Shown here: piece after piece, positions 11,876 to 25,500 of the stretch | Numbering within the stretch: position 1 is the stretch's first letter | Layout: every line of letters begins with the position of its first letter | NCBI GenBank assembly: GCA_050084515.1 | Contig: CM114271.1 | Location: 19,840,001 to 19,904,000 of the forward strand | Direction: 5' to 3' | Source: Blasia pusilla | Lineage: Eukaryota | DNA length: 64,000 bases | The notes under the pieces: model-generated | The model's database searches: none | The model's input: the letters and a program-made list of their open reading frames with translations, nothing else | What the model was told of the DNA's origin: nothing | Translations under genes and position numbers: made by a program

Positions 11876-14800
11876 GAAATTCCGGGACCCGCGCGGAAAA
11901 ACATCATCTCGCGCTCATAATGGGGCACATGTAGTTACGCCAGTCCGCGGATCCCGAATAACTTATTGGCCGATAGATAACCACACTTGTATAGTGCCCG
12001 CTCGTCGGGAGGTAGAACGGGAAAATGAGGTAGCGTAGAGAAAAGAAAGAAATGAAAGTGAGAATAAATTTTATACAAATTATTTAAGGGTTTTTGTGAA
12101 TACTTTTGCTGATAAACTTCATCGACTTCCTAGTCAGAATATCGGGATTTTTTTCCTTCGTAAATTTGCTGAAGATTTTAAAGATTGTTTTAGTATTCCT
12201 TTAGTGATGCCGGAAATCTATTCTATTGTTTGAGTATGCTCCATCTCTTAAGTTTAACTCTGAGAAAATGTTGAAAATACTCATGTGGTGGGTATTTTTA
12301 ACCACCTTCTCATATGAAAACTAACCATTTATGAAGCTTTATGGACATATGTCTTCGTCTCAAGTTTGGGGTTTAACACGAGAGGGATACCTCAAATAAA
12401 AGAAGAAATTTGTGCTTTCGTGCGAAATGTACCAATAGTTTTGTGCAATGCATTGGGTAGGAGGATCTCTACAGGGAGGTCTCACCAAAGTTTTTCACCT
12501 GGTAGAGAATGGGGGATCCCTCAATTTTGTACCTCCCTCCCTTCTTTGTCCTTGTTGAGAGGAATGGAGGGTTTATCCTTCTTGCTCCCCCATCCCACCT
12601 ACCTTATTCTCTTTTCCATTCCCATGCGGGAGGGAGGGAGCATTGGAGGGGTTCCGTCTCTAAACTCTTTCCATTCCTTCCTCTACCATTGACCTTCCCT
12701 CCACTATTGCCTGAATAACTTAAGGAGGTCCCGACCCTTTCTGAAAGAAAGAAGAGGTAGGCCATTGAATTCTAGTCCGAATCAAGAGAGAGGGTCATGA
12801 ATTAATAGGATCCACTTGATTACCTGCTTTTACCACTTAGTGGCTTGGTCCCACTCTTCAAAAGCATAGCTATGTCTCTAGGGTTCAATGATTCAATCGG
12901 TTGTTATAGAGTGACTCGCTTCTTAGCAACATCCTAAACAACCCACCAAGTTGTTAATGATGTTAGCTCACTTATGTCTTGTGGCTAAAGTGGGGGTTTT
13001 TTTTTCTCTTATTGTACCTCTTATTAAAATATTTATACTATCTATTAACGTCAACGTAGAAAATTTTACTCCAAGTCATTGATGGTGTGCGTAGTGGAAA
13101 ATTCGGAATGGAGTAGTCGAGAAGTTTTCAAAAAGTCTTGTGCATTACTTGGGTTATAAAATATAGTGAATGTCATTTATTAACCATATTATTTGTTGTA
13201 AATTTTCATCCCAACGTGGATGAAAGCTATCAGGACATACTACTACACTTTTTTCCTTAAGTTTTTTCTTTGCGTTCATAAAGGAATTAGAATCAAAACC
13301 TTATTATAGTCCAATCTATGAATGCAAGTCCAAGTAAAATAGATTCATGGATTCTGTGTTTACATTCAATTAGTTCCCACAACATTTCGATGGGCTACAT
13401 TAAAATGTGGGATAAAAGTTAAATTAAATTATGCATTTATGCTAAATGTTGAGAATTTTTTCCCTCATTGCATGATTACATATCACTTGGGTTAACAAAA
13501 CTTTTTTACCCATAAGGGAAAATTAAAAATTTTATATTTAATAATAATATGGAAAAATAGAGAAATGCTAAAATTTCCCAAAAGCCTCAAAGTTGACACA
13601 TGAAATTGGGAAAATTCCAAAAAGTTAACTCGCACTCAAAAAAAAGAAGAATAAAAAATCACGACCAAAAAATTTAGAATACTTTTTCATTTGGATATGT
13701 GGACGTTGTGGAAGTGTTGAAAGTCACAAAACATACTTTCTAAAAAATAGAAGTGAAAATGATAAATGCAACACGAACAAAAATGCTGTATAAGAGACCC
13801 TTGAGATGCTGAAGGGAAAAAGTTCAGACACTCGAAATATAGAAGTTAATCTAGTATTGCATTTTAGAACCAAAGAATTTCCATTTGTTAGTTTGATGTA
13901 TCCGTGCTTCACACAAGTGAAAAAGGCTTATTCCCATGTAGTTTAGTTAAATGAAGCTAAGCTATTAGGTGTCGAGACAAGAAACAACCAAAAGGAAAGG
14001 TGTCGAGTAGAGATATCCCCATTGCTAATAATATTATAGATTATTATCAGCAAAACACATGTTGAATGATAATGAAAAAAACTTGCCAGTCTTATGCAAG
14101 TATTGACTTCATGAGAACCCTAGAAATGAGTGGATGCTTTCACATTTTCTCGTGTTTAGAAAAGAAATCGTGACATCTTTTTCAATTTTCTTAATTCTAA
14201 AACTTTCCATGAGATCTCCATGTTAAGGCAGAAAAAGCTCCCACTTTTCGTCCATTATTTTTTAATTTAAAGGAAAAATGGAATTTATTTGACATGTCGA
14301 ATGTCACCACATGAAACGGATTCGTGCGGGTACCTAACATGAAGTTACTAACCCGACCTAGCCGTGGTTACCTTAGTCGCGGAATGGTCCCGGACGTGAG
14401 TATCTCCGGACTGCTTGGGCTGCCCGGCCTCCGATCCCGAGCCGAAATAAATTCCCTGTCCACGTGTCACTGAGAAAATTGAAAACTGGAAGACCATGCC
14501 GTACAGTGCGCTCATGCACCCCTCTTAATCGGGCCGTCCGTATGGGGCATGTTCGTACGACGAGGATCTAAGGAAAGGTTGGGCGCACGTGTCTTGACCT
14601 ACTTCGTTCGATCTGTGGTAGGAACTCATCGCTGGTAAATAAGTTATCTTAACAAATTACCAGGGACGGAAACGAAGTAGTACCTGAAAATTTCCTACAG
14701 TATATCTCTCTCTAGGACGTCCTTCCGGATGACGGTATCCCCATTTAATGACCTTACAAGTTTAGGTTAACGACGGACGAAGTCCTACACCATCAAGGGA

Positions 14801-15699
14801 AAAAGGTATTCAATACTTTACTCTTCAGAATTTCGTTAAGATTTATAAATGGAAACTTTTAGTATTTTTATCATCCATATTTAAATATATGATATGTTAT
14901 GTAGTAGAATGAGAAATCCAAATAGGTGTACTTGTCATATCTTCTATGGTCTTGTAGATGTTTAAAAAAGGATTTTGAGCGTAGCATTTTTTATAGACTT
15001 CAGAATTTTGGGAGATTACATATTCTATTCAATTTCCATGAAATTGAAAATAGCGGTGTTATGTGATGGGATGTGGAACCCCCAGTTAAAGATTAAATGT
15101 TTGTGAATTTTTTTAAAAAATCGACCCAACATTTTGATCATGCAAAGTCTTGTTTCCAAGATCCAACTCATCGCTAATCTATGTCATTCAAGGAGTATAG
15201 GTTTTTTTCATTTACGACCATGTTTTTATTGACACATGGCAAGGAGTTTTTCCAGGGTTGCACGTTGACAAAATCCGTGATTTATTTGGTATTGTATCAT
15301 AATCTTGATACAATACCACGGAATATTATTTGTTTGCCATATATATTCTTCCACTACCAACTCATTCATCTCCCACCTCTTCCCCTTGTGACTCTTCTTC
15401 TTCTACATCTATACTCAAGGTTCATTGCAAGGGATCATTGTAAAACCTCCTTGCATATTCAAGGCATTATGTCTTGGGATTGGGAGAATATTCAGAATGA
15501 GCATCTATTTTGAATACACGTCTTATCATCGGTTCATCCCACTCAATGCACCAGTCTTGGGACGCCTTCATTACAACAACACCTTCAAAGTAGCGGAGCT
15601 ACCTAAATTTTAGGCAGTTTATGAGTTTTCATAAGAAGGCTAGCATTAGGATCTCTCTCTCTCTAGAAGTTCCAAGAGCATATAGAGTAGCACCTCTTC

Positions 15700-16650
15700 A
15701 TCTAGAATCATGGGCAAAGTCCATGTTTGTGGACTTACATCCATCGTATAGAAGGACTTGTCCATATGGGCCCCATCTTCTTCCTCCCCCATATTTTCCA
15801 ACTTTCCCATGTGTCTTGAGCTCACTTGCCACTTCCTCCCTTTCCCCTCGCCATATCCCATTCTCTTCCCCCTTGTTGCCTTGTCCGCCACCGCCAAGCT
15901 TTCCACCTTTTGCAAACCATGTCTGTGAACATGTACGAATTTGTCCTCCCAGGGATCAAGTTGTGGGCTTTTTGGTAATCCATGTTCTTTTGTGGAACAC
16001 TATATAATAGATCATAACTTAGAACTTGACTAGGAAAGGTTGCACGAGAACAGACAAGTCCGGATATGTCCACGGACATGCTCGACCTGCACTCGAGCCC
16101 TCCGCGCACACCTGGGTTGACGGAGCTTGCACTCATTGCGTGGCTCACCACGGCCCGCAGTAGGCCCATAGGGTGAGCTACGCAACGGGTGGGGGCTCTG
16201 TCATCTCGGGTGTACGTGGCAGGCTCTTGGCCATGGTTGCACATAAATGGACAAGTCCTTCCGTAGGACGGACATGGGTTCCAAGAGGTGGGATCCGCAC
16301 TTTATAGTCCATGATGGGAGGCAAGGCAAGGATGACTGGAGCAATGAGGGAGGAGGGAGTGGAGGTGAAGGGAGGAAGAAACGAGGGAGTATGGAACACG
16401 AACGCAAGTAAGGGGAAGGAGAAAGAAGGGAAAGGTGGGACCCATATGGACAAGTCCTTCCATAGGACGGACGTTAGTCCACGGACATGGACATGTCCAC
16501 AAACACGGACTTTGTCCATATGCAACCTTGCTCTTGGCAGGCTGGGGTGCAGGCCGCTGGTACCCCGGCTCGCATGGGCATGTCCGTCCATAGGACGGAC
16601 ATAAGTCTGTGGATAGGGACTTTGTCCGTGTGCAACCTTGCGACTAGGGC
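15700..16650. repeat. Dispersed repeat family rich in ggacggacat/gtccatgtccgtggac motifs, with an internal inverted arrangement
   Basis: 15721-15780 is the reverse complement of about 16435-16490. 16310-16520 is the reverse complement of about 28470-28640, and 27040-27150 carries related sequence. Confidence 0.7.
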
Positions 16651-19540
16651 TTTTTTACTCTCCATATCTCATCAAGGGATTCAAGGGTGCTTTCATGCTG
16701 AATATTCGAGCATCTTTGCAATTGCTTTATTCTCATAAATTTAGCAAATGATTTTAGCTCTCTATATAAGATGTGTGCATATATTGTGATAAGTCATCTA
16801 CCATACTCTACAGTTGGATAGGTTGGGGGCTTTTAATTTATTGGATATGGATAAGCCTCCTTCTCGTGTTTGCCTTTAGCTTTCAGTTAGGTTTTATATC
16901 GCTTTGCTAAGTTGGTTTTCCCCCCCACTTTAATGCACATTTATTTCCTTATGCGACTAACACATTCAATTCAATTTCTTGTGTGAAAATATTCAAGGAG
17001 TTACACTTTATATGAGGACAGTTTGGACAAAAAGTAAGTTTCATTCCATTTTTTTGATCCTTCTATGTCTTTGGTATACCAATTATCTATTCTCACAAAG
17101 CTTCTTATAGAGAAAACAATACTGTCCAATGAGCATGTAGCGCTAGTTAATGTGATTTAATGGGTGACATGATTTTTCATTGCATCTTTGTGCCCTTTCT
17201 ACCATCAGCTCAAGAATTTGTATTTGTAGTATTGGTGATCCTCGAGGTGATCTCTTCAAGTTCCTTTAGTCTTCCTTTTGAATTGTTTCTTTCTTATACC
17301 CATTTTCTGGAGCAACTCTCTAACTTAAAACTTCTAGTCCAACATTGTAAATATTAGGTATAGTCTTCATCATGCCTTCCCTCAACATTCAATCCATCTA
17401 CTCATGATTTCACCAGCCATATCAAAAGAGTTTTAGCTCTTGGTGTCCTAAAAATATCCAAGTCTTCAAATGTGGTCCTTTTGAAGTTTTGAAAGATACA
17501 TCATGACTTCCTTTGTTATCTCAACTAGGGGATCCCCAAGTTGGCAAGTTTCTTATTGTATTTTCTCCCAATTTTCTCTTTTTGTTCATTCCCACTAAGT
17601 CTTGTCCTTCCACCAATCTCTTTCTTGGCATTCTTCGCACTTATCCCAAAGGAAAAATTTGATTAAATTTTTGGTCTTAGTACGTTTGGTATAGAAGATG
17701 ATGTCTTGGTTTCACGATAAGTTGTCTTGCCTACTTATTTTGGAGATGTGGGGTTTCCCTCCAAAGTGCATCGGTATTGGGGTGAATGTTTGTCGCAATC
17801 TAGTAAATGTCATGTGTAATCTTAATCATGCCTTCCCTCAAGATTCAACTTGCAACACTTTGGGGAGTCTTATGAGTTATGTCTCCATTGTCACTTCTTA
17901 TTAACAATGTGTCTTGGTGGCATTACATTGTGTGGAGGCCCGTAGAGAGTGAGATTACTCTCTACGAGCCACCACCCAATCATCGGTATTATGTGAGATT
18001 TGTTTCAAACTAGAAAGGGTTTCACAAATCGATTTTTTTATAATAAATTTTCAATTGAAGGAAGGGACAAACCTTTCTCGAGTATCTACTAAAATCCTTC
18101 TAAGATCCCTCCGTGAAGAGACGAAAAATAGAGAATGAGAGAAGGTCAAATTTTGCCCAATCGCATCAATTTTGATGGGGATTAGAGAAGGGAGCGTCTA
18201 AGGTGAGTCATGGAGAGAGAATAGAAATAGACCATAAGGGGGCATTGAAGATGAAGATGGAAAAAGGATATGGAATCGGAAGGAGGCTAAATGAGTACTC
18301 CGTACTCCTCTCTACGGAGTACTTGAGAAATCCGTGCACCGCGATGAATCATTAAAATAATAGTTTGTTTTTTCTTTCTTCCATAAAATAATAGTTGAAA
18401 GTCAATCAATGAAATGTGAATATATGTGAATTTTTAATAGCGAGCATTCTTTAGATTTTAGGTGCAATAATGAATGCTTCTATGCTTGTAAATATTTTCC
18501 TCCAGGTGTCTAATACAACTCTTAAAAACAAAATCGTTTTATTTTCACTATGTTAGTTCTAAATACGACGGGGTATTCATTATTATTTCAGAACCATGGC
18601 ATAATCAAACATACAGTAGTCAGATTAACACTCGACGAAAGAGACACGAAGTATTTCTTCTGTTTTACAGTTTTACTTATCTTAATATGTAAACGCAGGA
18701 AGCCGAAGGTACGGACGGACGGACGGAATGAATAAACGGGGCATCTTTTTCGCACAGCGTTGACGGAGGAGACGTGCCACCGTATCAAGAAGACTACAAG
18801 AGAGCGTCACGGACAGACACACTCTACTCAAATTACGTAGTAGGGAGAGGGAGAGGGAGAGGGATGGAGAAGATTGGACATTCAAAAAACTTGTGAGGAA
18901 GCATTTACGAGATGAGCAGCGGAGGAGGGATTCGGAGAATACAATAGTTCACGAATTTTTCACCCTCAAGACGTGCAGATCCGAGAGTGAGGCTAGGTTT
19001 CGTTTCCTTCTATTATGCGTGTGGAAGAATTCATCGGTAGATTTCATACTGAAAGAGCGGCTGCGAGGTAGCTTTCGTTTTCTCTGAAAGCAATCTTAAA
19101 TTCCAATTGGCGGTGCGGTAGCCAGTTTGCTTTCTTTCCGTCGGAGAAGTGGATCCCGACACACATCTTCAAAGTAACATACGGCCTGCAGGATCCATGC
19201 AGAAATCGGAGTGTGTGGTAGCCTGTCTACATGCATATGCTCAGTCACGCTCCGCATAACACGCATTCGTCACCGCTTTAATCACCACTTTTGACACCTC
19301 TGATTATGATCATGATCATGGAAAGACAGAAAGCACTTTTGAACCTTTCACAGGTCGCATGCGCTCGGCCGAATAAACTATGTTTGTTTAGGTGTATGTT
19401 TCCCTAGTTAATAGCTATTGAGAATTTCTCGAAGGTAATATCTTCAAGTGTACCAATTAGACGCAGCCGCTCGAGGATTCTGAACACTCTGAAAGTACCT
19501 CTGCCCCGACTACCAGCTCCAAGAAGAACGCTCGCCGGTG

Positions 19541-22500
19541 CAGGGTCCGGGGAGTTTTTTTACGAGAGGGGGTAAATTTCTGGCAGTACGTTTAATAGAC
19601 CGGTAATTAAAAAATTTTAACCGGTTTGAAAAGGTAATATTTGAAACTCCCGGGAAATTTCTGGAGTTTTTTTACAGTGTTCAGAAATTTTCCGAAATTT
19701 TATTATTCTCGGAAGTTCATTTGTGATTACTCGGAATGTTGTTCAGTTGATATCTGGCACTTGAAAAACTAATCGGAATTTTTTTTTCACGTACTCTTGG
19801 ACTTAAGCCTCTTTTCATTTCTTCTCCACTTCTGGAGTCTTGGACCTCAATGTTCATGCAAACATTCACTTTACAGTTCACACTTTTTTTTAGTGCCCTT
19901 TTAGTGCATCATCCTTGGCAGGAATTGAACCTGGCTAGGCCTCCCACCAGTTGGGAGCCAAGGATTTTACCCCTCTATAATACATTGAAGCTTTTAGTAA
20001 AAGCTTCAATGTATTAGAAAAGGGACCCCCTTATCCCTACCACTAAGCTTTTCCCCCTCTCTTACACATCCACAACAACTTCACTTGGGTCTAAGGCATT
20101 TAAATTTACGCGAACTTCTGGTGGAATTTCTATCTCAGGAATATATCTCTCGGGATTGGCATACACATACCTAAAGTGTGCTGAATTCTTCCAAAGAACT
20201 ATAGATTCAACCAACAAACCTTTCGTAATCATCTATTTTCCCCTCCAAGGAAATCCTAAGAACAACATCCAAATGCTTTGTCATTAACCTATTCCTACTT
20301 TTAGTCTTGATCACATTCTGCACAGAGAAAGCTCTCTCACAAATAGCAGTACTAACACACTGTACCCTAGCAATATTCGCTAAAATGAGCAAGTTAGAGA
20401 ACTTACATTGCAAGGACGGGCTCCAACTTACCATAGCCCACAAATCCTTGAAGTTCCGATCTTTCCACTCCGTTGTGGCCATGAGCTTAAAGGATTGAAA
20501 CTCTTGTTTCACAGCTCCTACACTCAGTAAAGAAGGTTGCAAGTGACCTTTGAAGGGTAAATCTGTCCCAAAATATGCACAGAGGTCATCCAATTCCTTA
20601 CAACCCCAACTATTTAGTCCCACTTGCCTTGAAGGCATGTGCAGAGGATTCATTATCCTCATAGCACTAATCAAGTTGTTATCCCTAAACCGATCTCGTA
20701 AAGCCACACAAACACTCTCAGAAAAATTCTTCTGAAACAACAAGGCAGCCTCTAGATCCTTTCCTGTCCGATTCCTCAACATTTCTATGCTGTGGAACTT
20801 TCTGCCCCTAATCTCAGATTGTAAACGTTTCAAGTAACCCCCTGGAGGACCAAAGTTTGGTAGAATGTGATAACCACTTTCTTCAGAGAAAGTGGAGGCA
20901 TTCAGATCAGGGTTCTCCATTATAAAATTCATTGTTATGGAAGCTATTTCAGAAGTCACTATACTACCTATGGTACTAACATCTACAAACTTATATTGGA
21001 ACACCTTACTCAAGTTAGCAAGAAGAAACAAAATATCTGCCAAAAAGTACAGCTGATAGATCATCTGAAATGATATGAGTTTGTTATACAAATTTGCAGC
21101 ATTACCATCATCTTCCGAGGGCGAGATATCTATGAAATATGTAAGGACAGATTCCAATGAGTCACATAAAGTAGTAAATGACCGCCAACGTGACAACCAA
21201 ATAATCTTGTGGTACCTCTTCATCACTTTTCGAGAATCGTTCAACTTCTCTTGCAAAGTTGCAAGACCGCACTTCCTCTTGACGACCTTCTGAAATATCC
21301 ACTCTGACAAAGATTCAAGATAGAATCTACTTCTATCGATATTCCCTTACACCCTACACCTTTCTTTCTTTGTTAAAGCGAGGTTTGTCCTGTGCGCCAC
21401 ACAATGCACAAGACAACATAAAAGGATTGAACTTCTGTTTCAGCTGAGATGCTACTCTGTTTTGGCTTCCTACTATAGTAGAAGCTCCATCGGATCCAAA
21501 GGCCACCAGTTTTGATCCCTCAAGTCCCGAATCCTTTATCAACTCCAACAAATTGTTAGTGATTGCGTTCGAACATTTCTCTAGACATTGTAGCAATCCT
21601 ATAAAACAACTCTCTACCTGCCCCTCATGTAAGTAAGTTGCAAATACAACAAGGTGTCCAGTGACGGATATATCTGTGGACTCGTCAATCATTATCCCAA
21701 AGAAAGGAGATTGTTGCACTCTAGAAAGGTTCCTCTTGAGAAGAACTTGGCTTATATAATAACACATATCAGCACAACTTTTTTCATCTTGGTACAAGTC
21801 GCGGGTTATAGGTGCATTCACAGAAATCAATAACTTACACAGATTTGAGAACTTTGAAAATGGCAAGGCTTCCTTTGCAATGAAATATGCACATTTGAAC
21901 AAAGTCAAGAGTGCAATATCACAAGTTCGATTTGTAGTGGCTATAGCCTTGGCCATGGATCTGTTCACCACATTCGCAGCCCATGCAAGGTTCATGTGCT
22001 CATTAGACTTACCATGATCTGTGAAGGCCGAAACCTTAAACACTCAGGCTCCGAGCTCGCAACGACGCGAATGAACAAACGAGAGAGCGAGGACGCCGAG
22101 GAGTCGAGCCTGTCGAGGTGAGAAATTCGGAAGCAGGGAGGCGTGGAAAGGCGTGGAAACTGGAAAGGCCAGGAAAGGCCAGCCCCTCCGCTCTACCCCC
22201 TCGGGCTCGGAGTCTCGTCCAGACTCCAGACTCCATGCCCGGCAGCCCGAGTCGTGGCGGCTTGCCCTAAGATGGAGGGGCTCGATCTAATCTAAGAATT
22301 TCCAGTTTTCCGGCAGCCGGAAACTGAGGCGGCAGCAAACCGGAGTGAGCGTTCTGGCTGACAACCAGAATCCGAATAAGCTTCCGTCGGAACGGCGTAT
22401 TTCCGTCGCCTATTCCCTCGGAAACAGTCGAAAACCGTCCAGAAAGTTTCCGTCCAACAAGTTTCCGGGATACCTCGAACCCCCGTCAGAAAAGCGGCCG

Positions 22501-22562
22501 GAAAGCTCTAACACGGCCCGGAATTCCTTCATTTTTCCCGGCTAGGTCAACACGTAGCCCCG
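19541..22562 (-). mobile_element. hAT-superfamily DNA transposon (ZNF862-like transposase), decayed
   Basis: The left end starts CAGGGTCCGG and the right end reads CGGGGCTACG on the reverse strand. The subterminal regions are rich in ccgg/cggaa repeats and flank a transposase. No clean 8-bp TSD was found, so the boundaries are approximate. Confidence 0.7.
20207..22043 (-). pseudogene. hAT/ZNF862-like DDE transposase pseudogene
   Basis: Catalytic motifs are IMIDESTDIS (D), FGSDGAS (D) and STAICERAFS (E, dimerization domain). The CxxH motif VHCVAHRTNLAL is out of frame near 21400 (frameshift), and the N-terminal zinc finger is truncated. Confidence 0.85.
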
Positions 22563-25500
22563 GTTCTGGCCGTTCATTGCGCCGGAGGCCGGACTTCCTT
22601 CCGATAGTTGTGCCCGGCCTCATAACGGCCCACCGCGATAAAATCTCGCCAAGCTCACGAGAAGTTGCCCGCCAATGAGCGGGGAACGCGCAAATGGCTG
22701 GACGTATCTAGCTCTGTGAATCCATCTCTGAAAGCGGTGACAACAGTGACGCCGCCTGTGCTGATTGGAAACAAAGCGGCTGCTTGTAGTGTTGTCGTTG
22801 GCCGCTGGTGGGAGCTGACAGAGCGACAACGACAGAGCACCAGCCATGAGGCTATGAACTATGGCGAATCCACGACTTGCTTCTCGACAAGCTAGGAAGA
22901 CAAGACTGCGGATCCGTAGACACTAGAATATTGAATAAACAACTCTCGGTGAGGTTGTGCACTAGTATCTTTTCAACCCTGGCTGCTATTGGCGCCCGAC
23001 GTCGTGACGAGAGTTGGACCGGTTCAGTTATTGGTTGAGGTCCTTGGGTTCAAGTTCATTTGTGGCGTGGTAAGCAGGGAACATTCCTTAACCAATCCAC
23101 GAATGAATGGTTGCCCTTACTTTCGCTCTAGAGAAATTCTTGAACAACTTCTCTGCCGCCAGGATTCATCGGTCTGAATGCATTGCAAGAAATGTAAGAG
23201 CAAGGTTTTCATGCATGTAGCCAGCTGTCTTTATTGATGCGATATTTTGTCAACTTTCTAATTGACAATCACTAATGTCAGTAACCGGTGACGCACGTTT
23301 CCGTACGTTGGTACGATCATGCAGATCTATAATCCTCTGTTCGGTGGACGACGAGAGAGAGCTACCTTCCAAGTTCCATGTGACTGTAGTGGTCCATACT
23401 CCTAGTCCAATTCCCATGATCCTAGTCCAATTCCCAATAATTACTGGCGGATCGAAACTTTTGTCACGCTCGTGAATCCGGACATCGCCGGTTTCCCCGG
23501 CCTGCAAGCAATGCCAACCGGAAGATTTTGATGCGAGGATGAGAGAGGACCTTCCAACGTTGGTAACCGGTCTTTATGATGCCGAAGAAGATTCAACATC
23601 TGCGAAATATCCAACGAGAAGAGGACTCTACTTAATTGGCATCTCGTTGGTTTCGCGAGCGAAACCGATCGATGAGCTAAACGAAACTCGAGCAGGAGCT
23701 TGGCATCTATCAAACGTCAGTTTCAGCAGCCAATGGAAGGAGAAAAATTAAACAAAAACGTTCAGCTAACGTCATCGTTCGTAAGGATCTCAGACTACAC
23801 GGTAGCGACGGTACTATGAAATGTCACAGGAGTACAATGGTTGGATGGCCGGCGATCAGTACGATCATCGAAGGATCTGTGTGGGGTCGCACAGCCCGAT
23901 TGTCTTAACGAGCATGCATCGATATCGAGGTACCGTTTCCAAACTATTCCTCATTCTTGTTCACGCATCCACGACAGGACGGCGCGCCTGCTTCTTTTGC
24001 AATGCGAGATGTCCGCGAGCCACAAGAACTCGAGTTTTCACGTTTCACTCTTTCAGACAAGCCCTAAAGCTAGCACGAAGACAAACACAATGAATGTCCT
24101 GCGCTCTAAGCCGCCGCCTTTGACAAGAGAGGACCTAGATTCCACCCTCGCTATGAATCTACAAGTGGAGTCCACCATAACAGAGTCCATGGAACACAAA
24201 GTTTTGAAGGGAAAAGAACGTCAAGACTCGAGAGTCTCTTTAAAACGTGCTGCTACACCGACAGGAAGAGACCCTCGCGCCTATTCAGGTTTTAAAACGT
24301 GCTGCTATACCGGCAGGAAGAGACCAGACGGCATTCCCGTGCGTACGTACATTCCACACAGACAGTACATCTTTTCGTGTGGGATTCCTCCAGCTCTACT
24401 GGAATTTCTCCGGCGCCTTCCATTATCTCTCTCCGCATGCGTCCGACCAACTCTTTACAATCAAAGAAAAATGCCAAAAAGCGCTCCATTCACGCCAAAT
24501 GCATACCAAGAAGATCCAAACTTAGGCTACACTCGCAACGTGTTGAGTACGTCCAACTTGCCCTTTCATTCTTTAAACTAAAAGAAAGAAAGCCTTGAAT
24601 GGGAATCAAGAAATTATGGACGATGTGCCAAATGCTTTGCTCCATATATGGGAAATACTCGCACTAACCATCCATGGTTGGGGAAGGCTAGTTGGAACCA
24701 AATTGTTATGGTGTAAGTAAGTGGTGCGGTATGGAAAGCCGAGATGAGGGAGAACCTTCATTCTATCCCTATCCATAAATTTAGAGTAAAGAAGAGGTGC
24801 TCTAGTGGCCCAACTCCCTAAAAAAGGCTGAGGACATCACTAACTCAATTTAGAGAAGACCAAATGCATCAATTTGAAAGGCAATCAGTCAAAAAGCTTG
24901 TCTCTGAACTAACTCCCCCTTAGGGCACTCTAAAGAGCCGGGTCCTAAATATCCATGAGTGCCTCTAGGATCTTCCTATCGAATGATCTATGGAGGATAG
25001 AAAAGTGACTAGACATCCAAACAGCTCTAATGAGATAACTAAGTCATCGAGCAATAAAATAAGAGCGATGCCCCATTTCACTTTTGAATGAACAAGTCAA
25101 ATCCATAGTCGCGAATCCTTGTATCAGGTTCTATAACTACTACTGTATAAATAAAGAAAATCTATTATGACTTTTGAAACGTAGAGTCATAGTGGAGTCA
25201 CCCATACTCAAGGTTGTTGGTCGACGTGGGATGACATCCAATCCTATCACATTGTTTAGACATTAAAGGCACATCTTACCTAGGATAGCATCCGATCCAT
25301 GCAGTCCTCAGTGTGCACGAATGATTTTATCAAAATTTAATGTTTTTTAATCCTATGATACTCGAGATGATACTCCAACCATATGAGTGCTTGCCCTTGC
25401 ACGCTCTCACATTCACTTGCACAAACACAGAGGATCAAAATTGAAGTTCTCAACACCCAATTTGATTTACATCATCTAATAAGAATATCATAAGTCTAAG

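Noticed and set aside
9197..12038. Several + strand ORFs overlapping RAD1
   Set aside because: They are antisense shadows of a GC-rich coding region.
15487..15494. Additional P1BS matches (e.g. GAATATTC at 15487 and about 16700)
   Set aside because: They are far from any gene start and lie in repeat DNA, and the motif is expected many times by chance in 64 kb.
18294..18323. Short inverted repeat AGTACTCCGTA...TACGGAGTACT
   Set aside because: It has 11-bp arms and may be a TE end, but no partner terminus or TSD could be identified.
23841..24581. 246-aa + strand ORF
   Set aside because: It has no recognisable domain, has low-complexity composition and overlaps several similar ORFs in other frames, so it cannot be supported as a gene.
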